The notes beneath the pieces are model-generated. The model saw only the letters and a program-made list of their open reading frames with translations. It was not told the DNA's origin and did no database searches. Below, piece by piece: positions 1 through 10,259 of a stretch of DNA of 64,000 nucleotides. Source of the DNA: Desulfuromonadales bacterium. Its GTDB lineage: Bacteria > Desulfobacterota > Desulfuromonadia > Desulfuromonadales > JACZKF01. Position 1 is the first letter of the stretch; each line of letters begins with the position of its first letter. A program made the position numbers and the translations under genes. The DNA lies in the NCBI GenBank assembly GCA_050485365.1, contig JBJHBH010000006.1, positions 6,985-70,984 of the forward strand. Reading direction: 5' to 3'.

Positions 1-1219
1 CGTCCTTGATCGCCTGCTCTTCGGCCTGCGGCCCCCTTCCGGCGGCCTCGCGCTGGCGCTCGGTCATGAAGATGACGGGCACCATGCGGAAGGTGGAGCC
101 GTTGCCGATTCCCGTGGTGATGAACAGCAGCATGAACATCGCCAGAAAGCCCCAGAAGCTCCCGCCCGCGCCGCCGGAGGGGAGGAAGTAGAGGACGCCG
201 AAGACCGCGCCCATCATGGCGACGAAGTTCCAGAACGTTACCCGTGCGCCGCCGAGCTTGTCGGAGAGCCACCCCCCCAGCGGGCGGATCAGGGCGCCGA
301 CCAGCGGCCCCAAAAAGGCGTATTTGGTCGGATCGACGGCGGGGAACTGGGTCTTGATGAGCATTGGAAAACCGGCGGCGTAGCCGATGAAGGAGCCGAA
401 GGTGCCGATGTAGAGCCAGCACATGAGCCAGTTGTGCTTGCGCCGAAAGATGATCGACTGGTCCTTGAAGGACGCCCTGGCGGTGGCGAGATCGTTCATG
501 CCGAACCACGCCGCCAGCGAGGCGGCGAGAATGAAGGGGACCCAGATGAAGCCGGCATTTTGCAGCCAGACCTGACGCGTCGTATCGCCGCTCGACCAGG
601 TGAGGGGCTCTCCCCCGAAGACGCCGAAAACCCCGGCGGTGATGACCAGCGGCACCACGAACTGCACGGTGGAGACCCCGAGGTTCCCGAGACCGGCGTT
701 GAGGCCCAGGGCTGTCCCTTTTTGCGATTTTGGAAAGAAGAAGCTGATGTTGGCCATGCTGGAGGCGAAGTTGCCGCCCCCAAGTCCGCACAGCAGCGCC
801 AGGACGAGCATGACGACGTAGGGCGTCGAGGTGTTCTGCACGGCGAAGCCGATCCCCACGGCCGGCAGCAGAAGCGAGGCGGTGCTGATCGCCGTCCAGC
901 GCCGTCCGCCGAAGATGGGGACCATGAAGGAGTAGAAGATGCGCAGCGTCGCGCCGGAGAGGGCCGGCAGGGCCGCCAGCCAGAAGAGCTGGTTGGCGCT
1001 GTAGGTGAAGCCGAGGTTCGGAAGATTCACCACGACCACGCTCCAGACCATCCAAACGGCAAAGGCGAGGAGCAGATTGGGGATGGAAATCCACAGATTG
1101 CGCGTGGCGATGCGCTTCCCTCTCTCTTCCCAGAATCCGGCGTCCTCGGGATCCCAGTGCGTCAGCAGATATCCTTCCGAGGCGGGTGGCGGTGCGGCGG
1201 TGCGAACCTCGTTGCTCAT
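1..1219 (-). CDS. narK: MFS nitrate/nitrite transporter, NarK family (3' end runs off the window)
   Basis: Absent from the ORF track because it is open at the window edge. My reverse translation from the ATG at 1217-1219 gives MSNEVRTAAPPPASEGYLLTHWDPEDAGFWEERGKRIATRNLWISIPNLLLAFAVWMVWSVVVVNLPNLGF..., a typical NarK N-terminus with MFS TM pattern. It is last in the nar operon. Confidence 0.85.
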   Translation of the reverse strand, partial: MSNEVRTAAPPPASEGYLLTHWDPEDAGFWEERGKRIATRNLWISIPNLLLAFAVWMVWSVVVVNLPNLGFTYSANQLFWLAALPALSGATLRIFYSFMVPIFGGRRWTAISTASLLLPAVGIGFAVQNTSTPYVVMLVLALLCGLGGGNFASSMANISFFFPKSQKGTALGLNAGLGNLGVSTVQFVVPLVITAGVFGVFGGEPLTWSSGDTTRQVWLQNAGFIWVPFILAASLAAWFGMNDLATARASFKDQSIIFRRKHNWLMCWLYIGTFGSFIGYAAGFPMLIKTQFPAVDPTKYAFLGPLVGALIRPLGGWLSDKLGGARVTFWNFVAMMGAVFGVLYFLPSGGAGGSFWGFLAMFMLLFITTGIGNGSTFRMVPVIFMTERQREAAGRGPQAEEQAIKD

Positions 1220-1296
1220 ATGTTCCTCCGAAAAAATGGTGGTGTGTCCATGCCCGGGATGCTTGTGTCTTCCCCCTTGCTCACCGCCGCGCTCCT

Positions 1297-2637
1297 TCAG
1301 CGAGTCCGGCCCAGACTGACGTCCCGAACCTCACGGCGCCCCTTCTCGGTCTCGCGGACGACGCGCTGCGCCTCCTCCTGCGCCGCCTCGGTTCCGGTCG
1401 AGGCGATGAGCTTCAGCGTCTTCACGCCGCGCACCTCGGTGGTGTACATCCAGATCAGAGACCAGCAGGTGACGGCGAAGAGGAGCATGAAAATCGCGCT
1501 GTTGATTCCGGTGAGGTCGACGAGCATTCCGAAGAGGATGGGAAAGAGGAATCCGCCGAGTCCGCCCATCAGACCGACGATTCCCGAGACGACCCCGATA
1601 TTGTGGGGATATTCGTCTCCGATGTATTTGAACACCGAGGCCTTCCCGAACCCCCAGGCGATGCCGACGACGAACAGAAGTACCGTGAAGACCCAGGCGT
1701 TCAGCCCTAAGTTGAGGGTCACGTCGCCTCGAAGGGTCTGAACGATGACCTGGTGCCTCGGAAGGCACAGCAGAAAAAGAGCGATGCAGGAGGTCCACAT
1801 CACCCACCACGTCACCGTGTGCGCTCCGAACTTGTCGGAGAGCCATCCCCCCAACGCGCGGATCACCCCCGAGGGGAGGACGAAAATGGCGGCGATCAGC
1901 GCGGCGGTCTGGATTCCAAAGCCGTATTCGCTGATGTAGTACTTCGTGAGCCACAGCGACAGGGCCACATAGCCGCCGAAGACGATGGAGTAGTACTGAC
2001 AGTATTTCCAGACCCTGATGTCCCTGAGGGCCGCAAGCTGGTCGCGCACGGTCACTTGACTGCCGACTTTGTGAGCAGGATCGGTGTAGGTGAAGAGCCA
2101 GAAAAGAACGACCGTGACCGCCATCGCCAGCGCGTAGACCTTCGGGACCGATTGCCAGCCATAGGCGACCACCAGGGTCGGCGCGACGAACTTGGTGATC
2201 GCCGCCCCGGCGTTGCCCGCCCCGAAGATCCCCATGGCGAGCCCTTTTCGGTGCTGTGGAAACCAGCGCCCGGTGTAGGCGATGCCGACGGAGAAGGAGC
2301 CGCCGGCCACGCCGACGAAGAGCCCGAGAATCAGAAAATGCCAGTACTGGGTGGCGATGCTGATGAGCCAGATGGGGACGATGGTGGAGAGCATCAGCAG
2401 CGTAAAGACGATGCGCCCCCCGTACCGGTCGGTCCACATCCCCAGCGGCAGGCGAATCAGCGAGCCGGTGAGGATCGGCGTCGCCACCATGAGACCGAAT
2501 TGCGTCTCGGTGAGCTCCAGCCCCGACTTGATCGGAAGGCCGACGATGGAGAACATGACCCACACGGCGAAGCAGACAGTGAAGGCCATCGTGTTCATCG
2601 TCAGAACCGAAACCTGCTTGCGCTGTATGGATGCCAT
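1297..2637 (-). CDS. narK: MFS nitrate/nitrite transporter, NarK family (second paralog)
   Basis: ORF 1297..2670. Preferred start is MASIQRKQ at 2637, preceded by AGGGAGG. 12-TM MFS pattern, immediately downstream of narI. Confidence 0.85.
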   Translation of the reverse strand: MASIQRKQVSVLTMNTMAFTVCFAVWVMFSIVGLPIKSGLELTETQFGLMVATPILTGSLIRLPLGMWTDRYGGRIVFTLLMLSTIVPIWLISIATQYWHFLILGLFVGVAGGSFSVGIAYTGRWFPQHRKGLAMGIFGAGNAGAAITKFVAPTLVVAYGWQSVPKVYALAMAVTVVLFWLFTYTDPAHKVGSQVTVRDQLAALRDIRVWKYCQYYSIVFGGYVALSLWLTKYYISEYGFGIQTAALIAAIFVLPSGVIRALGGWLSDKFGAHTVTWWVMWTSCIALFLLCLPRHQVIVQTLRGDVTLNLGLNAWVFTVLLFVVGIAWGFGKASVFKYIGDEYPHNIGVVSGIVGLMGGLGGFLFPILFGMLVDLTGINSAIFMLLFAVTCWSLIWMYTTEVRGVKTLKLIASTGTEAAQEEAQRVVRETEKGRREVRDVSLGRTR

Positions 2638-2710
2638 GGCGAACCTCCCTTTCGGCTCGGGGCCAAGCATAGGCCCGACGGGACCGTGTTGTCCAGAGGG
2701 ACCTGTGCGT

Positions 2711-3376
2711 TTACCGACGATTCCAGATCACCAGTTGCGGCGCCCGGCTCAGATACTCCAGCGGCAGCGTCACCACATGCACCAGGCGCGAAAACGGAAA
2801 GAGCGCGATCAGCAAAAAGGCGTTGAAGGCGTGCAGCTTCACGATCCAAGGCAGAGCCGCCAGGTACTGGACCTGGGGATCGAGCCGCAGCAGCGACCAA
2901 AGCCACGGCGTTGCGGTGTGCAGATACCATACCGATCCCCAGCGCAGCGTCAGGGCGATCCAGACCCCCGTTGCGACCTGTGCCAGCAAGAGCAGAAGCA
3001 CCACCCAGTCCATGGAGGATGTCACAACTCCGACCCGCGGATCATTGACCCGGCGCAAAATCAGCAGAAAAACACCGATCACCGTCACGACGCCCAGGAC
3101 GAGGCCGGTGACCTCGAGCAGATAGAGCCGCACGGGGCGCCCCGCCAGCTCGCCCCACGCTGCCGGGAAGAGAAAGGCGAGCAGGTGCGCCGCGAGGACG
3201 ATCAGGATCGCGAAGTGCCACGGCACCGATCCCCAGTAGAGCATCTTGCTCTCGAGAAACTGGGAGGAGCGGGTCGAGAAGGAATACCGGTTGAAGACGA
3301 AGCGGTAGATGCCGACGCAAACCGCCAGAGCGACGGCGACATAGGGAAAGACGGCGAAGAGGATCGTGTCAAGCAT
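2711..3376 (-). CDS. narI: respiratory nitrate reductase gamma subunit (heme b membrane anchor)
   Basis: ORF 2711..3424. Start MLDTILFAVFPY at 3376, preceded by AAGGAGG. 5-TM NarI-like sequence with conserved His residues. Overlaps the narJ stop. Confidence 0.9.
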   Translation of the reverse strand: MLDTILFAVFPYVAVALAVCVGIYRFVFNRYSFSTRSSQFLESKMLYWGSVPWHFAILIVLAAHLLAFLFPAAWGELAGRPVRLYLLEVTGLVLGVVTVIGVFLLILRRVNDPRVGVVTSSMDWVVLLLLLAQVATGVWIALTLRWGSVWYLHTATPWLWSLLRLDPQVQYLAALPWIVKLHAFNAFLLIALFPFSRLVHVVTLPLEYLSRAPQLVIWNRR

Positions 3377-3914
3377 GGGCCACCTCCTTGGGTGAGAGGG
3401 TCGCTGAAGCCGCGGATGATTCAAGACAGCTTCGCAGCGCGCGGAGCAGGCGGCTGTACGGGTTCTCCCCTTCGGGGAAGGCGGTGCTCATCTTCTCCAG
3501 GGCCGGAATGAGCCCGTCCGCCACCAGGGCGTCTCTCTCCCGGGAATCGGGCGCCGTCGCCAGGAAGGCGAGGACGCTCACGAGATGATCGACCATCTCC
3601 GGCTCCACCACGAGGCCGTTCTGGCGATAGAGAGCCTGCAGCTTCATCAGAAAGCGGCCGCGCCGGGAGTCCTCCCCCAGAAGCTGCCAGCCTACATAAG
3701 GGGCGCACAGCGGCTGAAGATCGAAGGTGGCCGTATAGAGCTCCTGCAACCGCTCGATTCCGAGCTCGCACACGCCATCGGCGAAGGCGTTCAGGGCCTC
3801 GGCGACCTGCGGCGCGAAGGCGGCGTACGACGCTCCCCTGCGCGCCGTCTCGACGAGCGCGTCGCCGGGATAGTCCAGAAGAGTGCTGAACGACTGGTAT
3901 AGTTCGCGAGTCAT
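3369..3914 (-). CDS. narJ: nitrate reductase molybdenum cofactor assembly chaperone (delta)
   Basis: 181-aa TorD/NarJ-like protein located between narH and narI. Confidence 0.8.
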   Translation of the reverse strand: MTRELYQSFSTLLDYPGDALVETARRGASYAAFAPQVAEALNAFADGVCELGIERLQELYTATFDLQPLCAPYVGWQLLGEDSRRGRFLMKLQALYRQNGLVVEPEMVDHLVSVLAFLATAPDSRERDALVADGLIPALEKMSTAFPEGENPYSRLLRALRSCLESSAASATLSPKEVAHA

Positions 3915-3925
3915 GAAGCCTCCTG

Positions 3926-5386
3926 TCAGCGGCGGCCGAAACCGGCGGCCCCTCGGTGTTCGTGCGGATCGGCGGCCGCTTCGATGGCGGATTCGCGCCC
4001 CATCGGAGGAACGACGATGCGTTCGCGGATCGAGCTCAGCGATGTTGCGCGGAAGATCGCGTCGGCCATCTCGCGGGGCACCTCACGGGTGGCCTGCGCG
4101 ACGTCGTCGGCAGCCGCATCCCCCACCGTCTCGGCGCGCCTCTGCAGGCGAACGGCGATGAGGCGGCGGTAGACGGCCGCGACCTCCTCCTCGTTCCCCC
4201 CCGCGAAGAGGTTCGCCAGATACCGCAGGGGAAGCCTGGCCTTCTCCAGATTGGTGAAGGTCGCCTCGGCCATATCCGCCACGCCGTTCTCGACCTTGGC
4301 CAGCACGGGAAGCAGAGGCGGAACGTAAAAGACCGTGGGGAGGGTGCGAAACTCCGGATGAAGCGGAAGAGCGATTCCCCACTCCTTGACGAAGCTGTAG
4401 GCGGGCGAGCGCTGCGCCGCCTCGATGGTCAGCTCGGGGACTCCGTCGCGGCGGGCCTGTGCGATGACTTTCGGATCGTTGGGATCGAGGATGAGGCTTC
4501 GCTGCGCCGCGGCCAGATCCCTTTCGGGCGCCTTGGCGATCTCCGCGATGCGGTCGGCGTCATAGAGCATGACCCCCATGTAGCGGATGCGTCCGACGCA
4601 GCTGGCGTAGCAGCCGGGCATCTCGCCCGACTCCATGCGCGGATAGCAGCTGATGCACTTCTCGGATTTGCCTGCATCCCAGTTGTAGTAGACCTTCTTG
4701 TAGGGGCAGGCCGAAACGCACATGCGCCAGGCGCGGCATTTGTCCTGATCGACCAGGACGATGCCGTCCTCGCCGCGCTTGTAGATCGCCCCGGAGGGGC
4801 ACCCGGCCACGCAGCCGGCGTTGAGACAGTGGTTGCAGCGCCGCGGCAGATAGAAGAAAACCATCCGTTCGGTGGCGAAGAGTTGCTTCTTCTCCTCCTC
4901 GGAGAGCCCCTTGAGCGAAGGGTCGTTGGCCGCGTAGAGATTGGAGCCCCCCAGATCGTCGTCCCAGTTGGGACCGGCCTTGGGGGTCATCTCCCTGCCG
5001 GTGATCATCGAGACGGGACGGGCCGTCGGCTGATCCTTGCCGGCGGGAGCGTTGAAGAGATCGTCGTATTTGTAGGTCCACGGCTCGTAGTAGTCGTCGA
5101 GGGTCGGCATGTTCGGGTTGTGGAAGAGGTTGAGGAGCCCCTTCCCTTTGCCGCCGGAGCGCAGCGTGAGGTCGTGACCGTCGGAGCGCCATCCCCCCTT
5201 GTAGCGCTCCTGATCCTCCCAGCGGGTGGGGAAGCCCGTGCCGGGCTTCGTCTCGACGTTGTTCCACCACATGTACTCGGCCCCCTTGCGGTCGGTCCAC
5301 ATGTTCTTGCAGGTGATGCTGCAGGTGTGGCAGCCGATGCACTTGTCGAGGTGAAAGACGGTGGATACCTGGGCGCGTATGTTCAT
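3926..5386 (-). CDS. narH: respiratory nitrate reductase beta subunit (Fe-S)
   Basis: N-terminus MNIRAQVSTVFHLDKCIGCHTCSITCKNMWTDRKGAEYMWWNNVETKPG plus further Cys clusters. Canonical NarH. Confidence 0.95.
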   Translation of the reverse strand: MNIRAQVSTVFHLDKCIGCHTCSITCKNMWTDRKGAEYMWWNNVETKPGTGFPTRWEDQERYKGGWRSDGHDLTLRSGGKGKGLLNLFHNPNMPTLDDYYEPWTYKYDDLFNAPAGKDQPTARPVSMITGREMTPKAGPNWDDDLGGSNLYAANDPSLKGLSEEEKKQLFATERMVFFYLPRRCNHCLNAGCVAGCPSGAIYKRGEDGIVLVDQDKCRAWRMCVSACPYKKVYYNWDAGKSEKCISCYPRMESGEMPGCYASCVGRIRYMGVMLYDADRIAEIAKAPERDLAAAQRSLILDPNDPKVIAQARRDGVPELTIEAAQRSPAYSFVKEWGIALPLHPEFRTLPTVFYVPPLLPVLAKVENGVADMAEATFTNLEKARLPLRYLANLFAGGNEEEVAAVYRRLIAVRLQRRAETVGDAAADDVAQATREVPREMADAIFRATSLSSIRERIVVPPMGRESAIEAAADPHEHRGAAGFGRR

Positions 5387-5424
5387 GGGGTGTCTCCTTG
5401 TACCCCTTCCAGGACGGGGCGAAT

Positions 5425-5489
5425 GTAGGGGCGCGATTCATCGCGCCCGGCCGGTACGCTTGTCTGGGCGCAATGAATTGCGCCCCTAC
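5425..5489. repeat. REP-like double-hairpin element in the narG-narH spacer
   Basis: GTAGG-GGCGCGA-TTCA-TCGCGCCC ... GGGCGCAA-TGAA-TTGCGCCC-CTAC. Two 8-bp-stem hairpins bracketed by GTAGG/CCTAC. Confidence 0.6.
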
Positions 5490-5501
5490 CTGATCCCGAT
5501 C

Positions 5502-8500
5502 TCACCATTGCACCTCTCCTTCGAGCTTGCGCACCAGGACGAAGGTGTCGCGGTTGGTGCCGGTCGGCCCCCAGTAGTTGAAGGCGTAGGTGAACTGGCC
5601 GTATCCCCCCGCCATGAGGTTGGGCTTCAAACGGGTGCGGAAGAGGCTGTTGTGGCTCCCGGCGCGTCCGCCGCGCAGCGGGGACTTGGGGACGCTGATG
5701 GTGCGCTCGGGTGCGTGATAGATGAAGGCGATCCCTTTGGGAATCCGGTGCGTCACGACGGCCCGGGTCACCACCACGCCGTGGTCGTTGTAGACCTCGA
5801 CCCAGTCGTTGTCCTTGAGGCCGATCGTGTCGGCGTCGCGGTCGTTGATCCAGAAGGGGTGCAGCCCCCGCGAGAGGGTGAGCATCCGGTGGTTGTCGCC
5901 GTAGGTCGAGTGAATCCCCCATTTGCCGTGAGGCGTCAGGTAATTGAGGGCGATCGTCTTGCCTTCGGGGCGGCTCACCAGCAGATCCTGCAAAAGGCCC
6001 TGATCAAGCTTCGGCTTGTACGTCGGCAGATGCTCGCCATAAGCGAGATAGCTCTCGTGATCGAGGTAGAAGTGCTGGCGCCCCGTCAGGGTGCGCCACG
6101 GCACGAGACGCTCGACGTTGAGGCAGTAGGCGCTGTAAGGGCGCCCCTCGTTGCTGATCCCCGTCCAGCAGGGGGTCGTCAGCAACCGCTTGGGCTGACG
6201 GGCGATGTCGTCGAAGGTGGTGCGCACCGAGCGGCTCTTCTCGGAGAGGTCCGTCAGAGGCAATCCGACCTTCTTCTCTTCGGCGAGGAAGGCCCGGTGC
6301 GCCATCTCGCCGTTGGTCTCCGGCGCCAGGTGCATGATGACGTTGGCGGCGTCCGAAGCCTTGAGGAGGGAGGGGTAGCGCTTGCCGCCCCACTGTTGCG
6401 TCGGCCGGGTGGCGACGAGCTCGTCGTAGGCGTCCTCGATCGACCAGGAGAGCCCGTGCATATTGAGCCCCCCCGCCCGGGCGCCGGGGCCGAAGGAGAT
6501 CATCCGGTTGTAGAGATTGACGTAGTCGCGCTCCACCACGACGAGGCCGGGCATCGTCTTGCCGGGAATCGCCTCGCATTCTCCCTTGCTCCAGTCGCGG
6601 ATCTCGGGCTGGGCCATCTCGGCCGGGGTGTCGTGCTGAAGGGGGACGGCGACTAGGTCGCGCACCGGCTCGGGGAGGTGCACCTGTGCAAGCTCGCTCA
6701 CCTTCTTGGCGATCGCCTGGAAGATGTCCCAGTCGGGGCGCGACTCCCAGCACGGGTTGACGGCCGCCTGCAGGGGATGGATGAAGGAGTGCATGTCGGT
6801 GGTGTTGAGGTCGTCCTTCTCGTACCAGGTGGCCGTCGGCAGGACGAGGTCCGAGTAGAGGGCGGTGGTGTCCATGCGGAAGTTGACGTTCACCACCAGA
6901 TCGAGCTTGCCTTCGGGGGCCTCGTCGCGCCAGATCGCCTCGGTCACGCCGTCCCTGCCCGTCTCGGGGCGATGGAGCTCGAGTGCGTCCCGAGGTAGTG
7001 CTTGAAGAAGTACTCCTGCCCCTTGGCGCTGGAGGAGAGGGCGTTTCCGCGCCAGATGAACCACAGGCGCGGCCAGTTCTCGGGGGCGTCCGGGTCCTCG
7101 ACGGCGAAGCGCAGCTTCTTCTCCTTGAGCTGCTTCACCGCCCAGGCGACGACCTCCTCGTTGCTCTTGGCCCCTTCGGCGTCGGCCTCTTTCATCAGCT
7201 CGAGAGAGTTGCGGTCGAACTGCGGGTAGAACGGCAGCCAGCCGCGTTTGACGGCCCGCACCTGGTGGTCCATGGTGTGCCCGCCGGTGTGGCGGCCGCG
7301 GGTCTCGGCCGGGTTGAGTTGCTCTTCATCGGCCGCCTTTTCATAGCGCCACTGGTTGCTGTGCACGTAGTGGAAGGACGGGGTGTTCTGGAAGCGCGGC
7401 GGCTTGCTCCAGTCGAGCGCCGCGGCCAAGGTTGCCCACGGGGCCTGCGGGGCGAGCTTCTCCTGCCCGACGTAGTGATTGAGGCCGCCGCCGTTCTTGC
7501 CGACGCAGCCGCACAGCATCAGCGCCACGATCCCCGCCCGGTAGGTCAGGTTGGCGTGATACCAGTGGTTGATTCCCGCGCCGATGATGATTGAGCATTT
7601 GCCTCCGGTGCGATCGGCAGTGGCGGCCCACTCGCGGGCGAAGCGCACCACGGTGTTGCGGTCGACGCCGCTGTACTTCTCCTGCCACGCCGGGGTGTAG
7701 GCGGCCCCCTCGTCGTCGTAGTCGGCGGGGTAACCGCTGCTCAGAGTCCCCCGGCGAACGCCGAACTGCGCCATGAGGAGATCGTAGACGGTCGTGACGG
7801 GGATCTTCCCCTCGGCGGTCTCGAGGTAGCGCACCGGAACGTCGCGCCGGGCGCTCTTCTCCTCGGCGAAGTCGGCAAAATCGACGGGGAGGACGGCGTC
7901 GTGCTTCTCGCAGAAGGTGAGGGCCGGGGCGAGCTCGGCGCCGTCGAGGCCGTCCTTCATCTGCAGGTTCCACTCCCCTTTGCGCTCCTGCCAGCGAAAG
8001 CCCAGGCTCCCCAGAGGCATGCGCGCCTCACCGCTCCTCTCGTCCCACACGAGGTACTTGAACTCGCCGTTCTCGGCTTGCGCGTAGCGGTCGGTGCGCG
8101 CCGCCGGCACCATCCGCCCCGCCTTGAAAGCGCCGCCCGCCTCGTCGAGACGGATCAGGAAGGGGCTGTCGGTGTAGCGGGTGACGTAGTCGAGGAAGGA
8201 GAGGGTCTTCGCCCCTGCGTGAAACTCCTTGAGGATGACGTGGTTGACCGCCATCCAGAAAGCGCCGTCCTGGCTTGCGTGGACCGGAACCCACCAGTCG
8301 GCGTACTTGCAGCTCATGTTCAGGTCGGGGGAGAGGACGACGACCTTCGTGCCGTTCTGCTTCGCCTCGGAGAGGAAATGGACGTCGGGGGTTCGCGTCA
8401 TCCCCGGGTTCGACCCCATGACGGTGATGAACTTGCTGTTGAACCAGTCGGCGCTCTCGGCGACGTCGGTCTGCTCTCCCCAGATCTCCGGCGAAGCATT

Positions 8501-9124
8501 GGGCAGATCGCAGTACCAGTCATAGAAGGAGAGGTTCACTCCCCCCATGAGCTGCAAAAAGCGCGATCCGGCCGCGTAGCTGAGCATCGACATGGCGGGG
8601 ATTGGAGAGAAGCCGATGACCCGGTCGGGGCCGTATTTGACGATGGTGTAGACGGTGGAGGCGGCGATGAGCTCAAGCGCCTCCTCCCAGTCGAAGCGGC
8701 GGAAGCCCCCCTTCCCTCTCGCCTGCTGGAAGCGGCGGCGGCTCTGCTCGTTCTCGACGATGGACTTCCACGCCTCGACGGGATCGGCGTGGCGGCTCTT
8801 CGCCTCGCGCCACAGATCGAGAAGGGCCCCGCGCAGATACGGGTATTTGACCCGCAGCGGACTGTAGAGATACCACGAGCAGGAGACGCCGCGTTGACAG
8901 CCGCGCGGCTCGTAGGGCGGGATGTCACCGGCCAGTGGCGGGTAGTCGGTGGCCTGCACCTCCCAGGCGACGATGCCGTCCTTGACCGCCACGTTCCACG
9001 AGCAGCTCCCGGTACAGTTCACCCCGTGAGTGCTGCGCACGACCCGATCGTGCTGGTGGCGACCGCGATAGAAATCTTCCCATTTTCGTGCCTGAGGGTC
9101 GACGATGTCTTTAATCCAGCTCAT
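5502..9124 (-). pseudogene. narG: respiratory nitrate reductase alpha subunit NarG, frame broken once (ORFs 6944..9124 and 5502..7064)
   Basis: The N-terminal ORF has the [13 protein letters not shown]0 motif. The C-terminal ORF has [47 protein letters not shown]. The two ORFs overlap by 121 nt in different frames and together give a NarG-sized protein. Confidence 0.9.
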
Positions 9125-9133
9125 AAGTATCCC

Positions 9134-9643
9134 CTATTCTCGTTCGGACGATGAGAGTCGCTGCCCCTTGAAGCGGTTGCGGCCGAAGATGGCCAGAACC
9201 AAAAAGACGACGCCGATGCCGACCCCGATCTCGGCCAGAATCGATGCGGCGATCTTCGGGGATTCGCTTCCGCTGACTTTTTCAAGGAATGCGGCCAGGT
9301 CGGCCTTCTCCGCGGCGCTCAGAGGACGATCGACATACAGGGCCTCCATGCTGGGGAAGATGTCGAGGCTCGACAGGATGTCGACGACACCGTCCTCCCC
9401 GAAATCGTCCCACATCGCGGTCAGGTCCGGGCCATAATTCGCCCCGGCCGCCTTGCCGAGCCCCGCTCCGCCGACCCCATGACAGGCGAGGCACGGCGCC
9501 CCGCCCGCTTCAAAAGGGATCGCCCCGACGTACAGCGCCTCTCCACGGGCTGGATCCGCCGCCTTCGCCGCCGCCGGCAGCGCGGCGAGCAGAAGCACCA
9601 CAGCGAGCAGAACCGCCCAGCGCCATCGAACCAGTCTTTGCAT
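9134..9643 (-). CDS. monoheme c-type cytochrome with C-terminal TM anchor, first gene of the nar operon
   Basis: ORF 9134..9700. Start MQRLVRWRW at 9643, after GGGAGG. Signal peptide, a single CLACH motif and a C-terminal hydrophobic helix. Confidence 0.7.
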   Translation of the reverse strand: MQRLVRWRWAVLLAVVLLLAALPAAAKAADPARGEALYVGAIPFEAGGAPCLACHGVGGAGLGKAAGANYGPDLTAMWDDFGEDGVVDILSSLDIFPSMEALYVDRPLSAAEKADLAAFLEKVSGSESPKIAASILAEIGVGIGVVFLVLAIFGRNRFKGQRLSSSERE

Positions 9644-9729
9644 ACGCACCTCCCGCCTATTGCAGCATCGTTGCCGCGAACCTCGCCAATCCTTTTCCAA
9701 AGGTTTAGAACATTTTTTTACTCTTCGTT

Positions 9730-9743
9730 TTGATGCAAGTCAA
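9730..9743. promoter_or_regulatory. FNR/CRP-family box candidate upstream of the cytochrome c-nar operon
   Basis: TTGAT-GCAA-GTCAA has one mismatch to TTGAT-N4-ATCAA. It lies in the AT-rich spacer about 90 nt upstream of the 9643 start. Confidence 0.4.
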
Positions 9744-9882
9744 AAACGACGAATTATTTGAGACAATCTTTTCAATGAAATAGGGGGATTAAAAGGAGGA
9801 GAGCTGTAGAGGAAAGAAAATGCGAAAGGTGAGAAAAAACAGGGAATGAGATATTGCGAAAACATTGTTTTACGATATAGAA

Positions 9883-9921
9883 GACAGGTTGGACGATGGA
9901 CCCGGATTCGCCCAACCTGTC
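9883..9921 (-). terminator. hairpin terminator candidate after napD
   Basis: GACAGGTTGG ... CCAACCTGTC, a 10-bp perfect stem starting 10 nt past the napD stop. The tail is only moderately T-rich. Confidence 0.45.
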
Positions 9922-9931
9922 GGTCGAAGCC

Positions 9932-10204
9932 TCAGGCGTGCTCCCCGTCTCCCGGTGGGACGGCCCCTTCTTCATCGGCCCCCTCCAGGCTGAAGTAGGC
10001 GAGATAGACCCCGCGCACCCCGGGGATGTCCTTGAGGGCGTCGATGCGTGCGCGCACCTCCCCCGCCTTCTCCCCTTCGATGAGATAGACGATCTTCTCT
10101 TCGTTCTTTTCGCTGACCTCGAATCCACGCTCTTCGAGAGTCGCCACCACGCTGGGGACATCCTGCTCCTGATTGACCTCGACGAATCCGCTTGCGACGA
10201 TCAT
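9932..10204 (-). CDS. napD: NapD-like Tat proofreading chaperone
   Basis: Start MIVASGFVEV at 10204, after GGAGG. About 90 aa with ...ALKDIPGVRGVYLAYFSLE, a NapD-like fold signature. Located in the nap cluster. Confidence 0.7.
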   Translation of the reverse strand: MIVASGFVEVNQEQDVPSVVATLEERGFEVSEKNEEKIVYLIEGEKAGEVRARIDALKDIPGVRGVYLAYFSLEGADEEGAVPPGDGEHA

Positions 10205-10259
10205 TGCTGTGCCTCCATTTCGAAGGACCCCCTTCTCGGAGAGTCCCGTTGAGTTGAAA

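Noticed and set aside
6944-7064. Programmed -1 ribosomal frameshift in narG.
   Set aside because: There is no X XXY YYZ slippery heptamer and no obvious downstream stimulatory structure. The break sits at a simple C4 run, where a 1-nt indel restores the frame.
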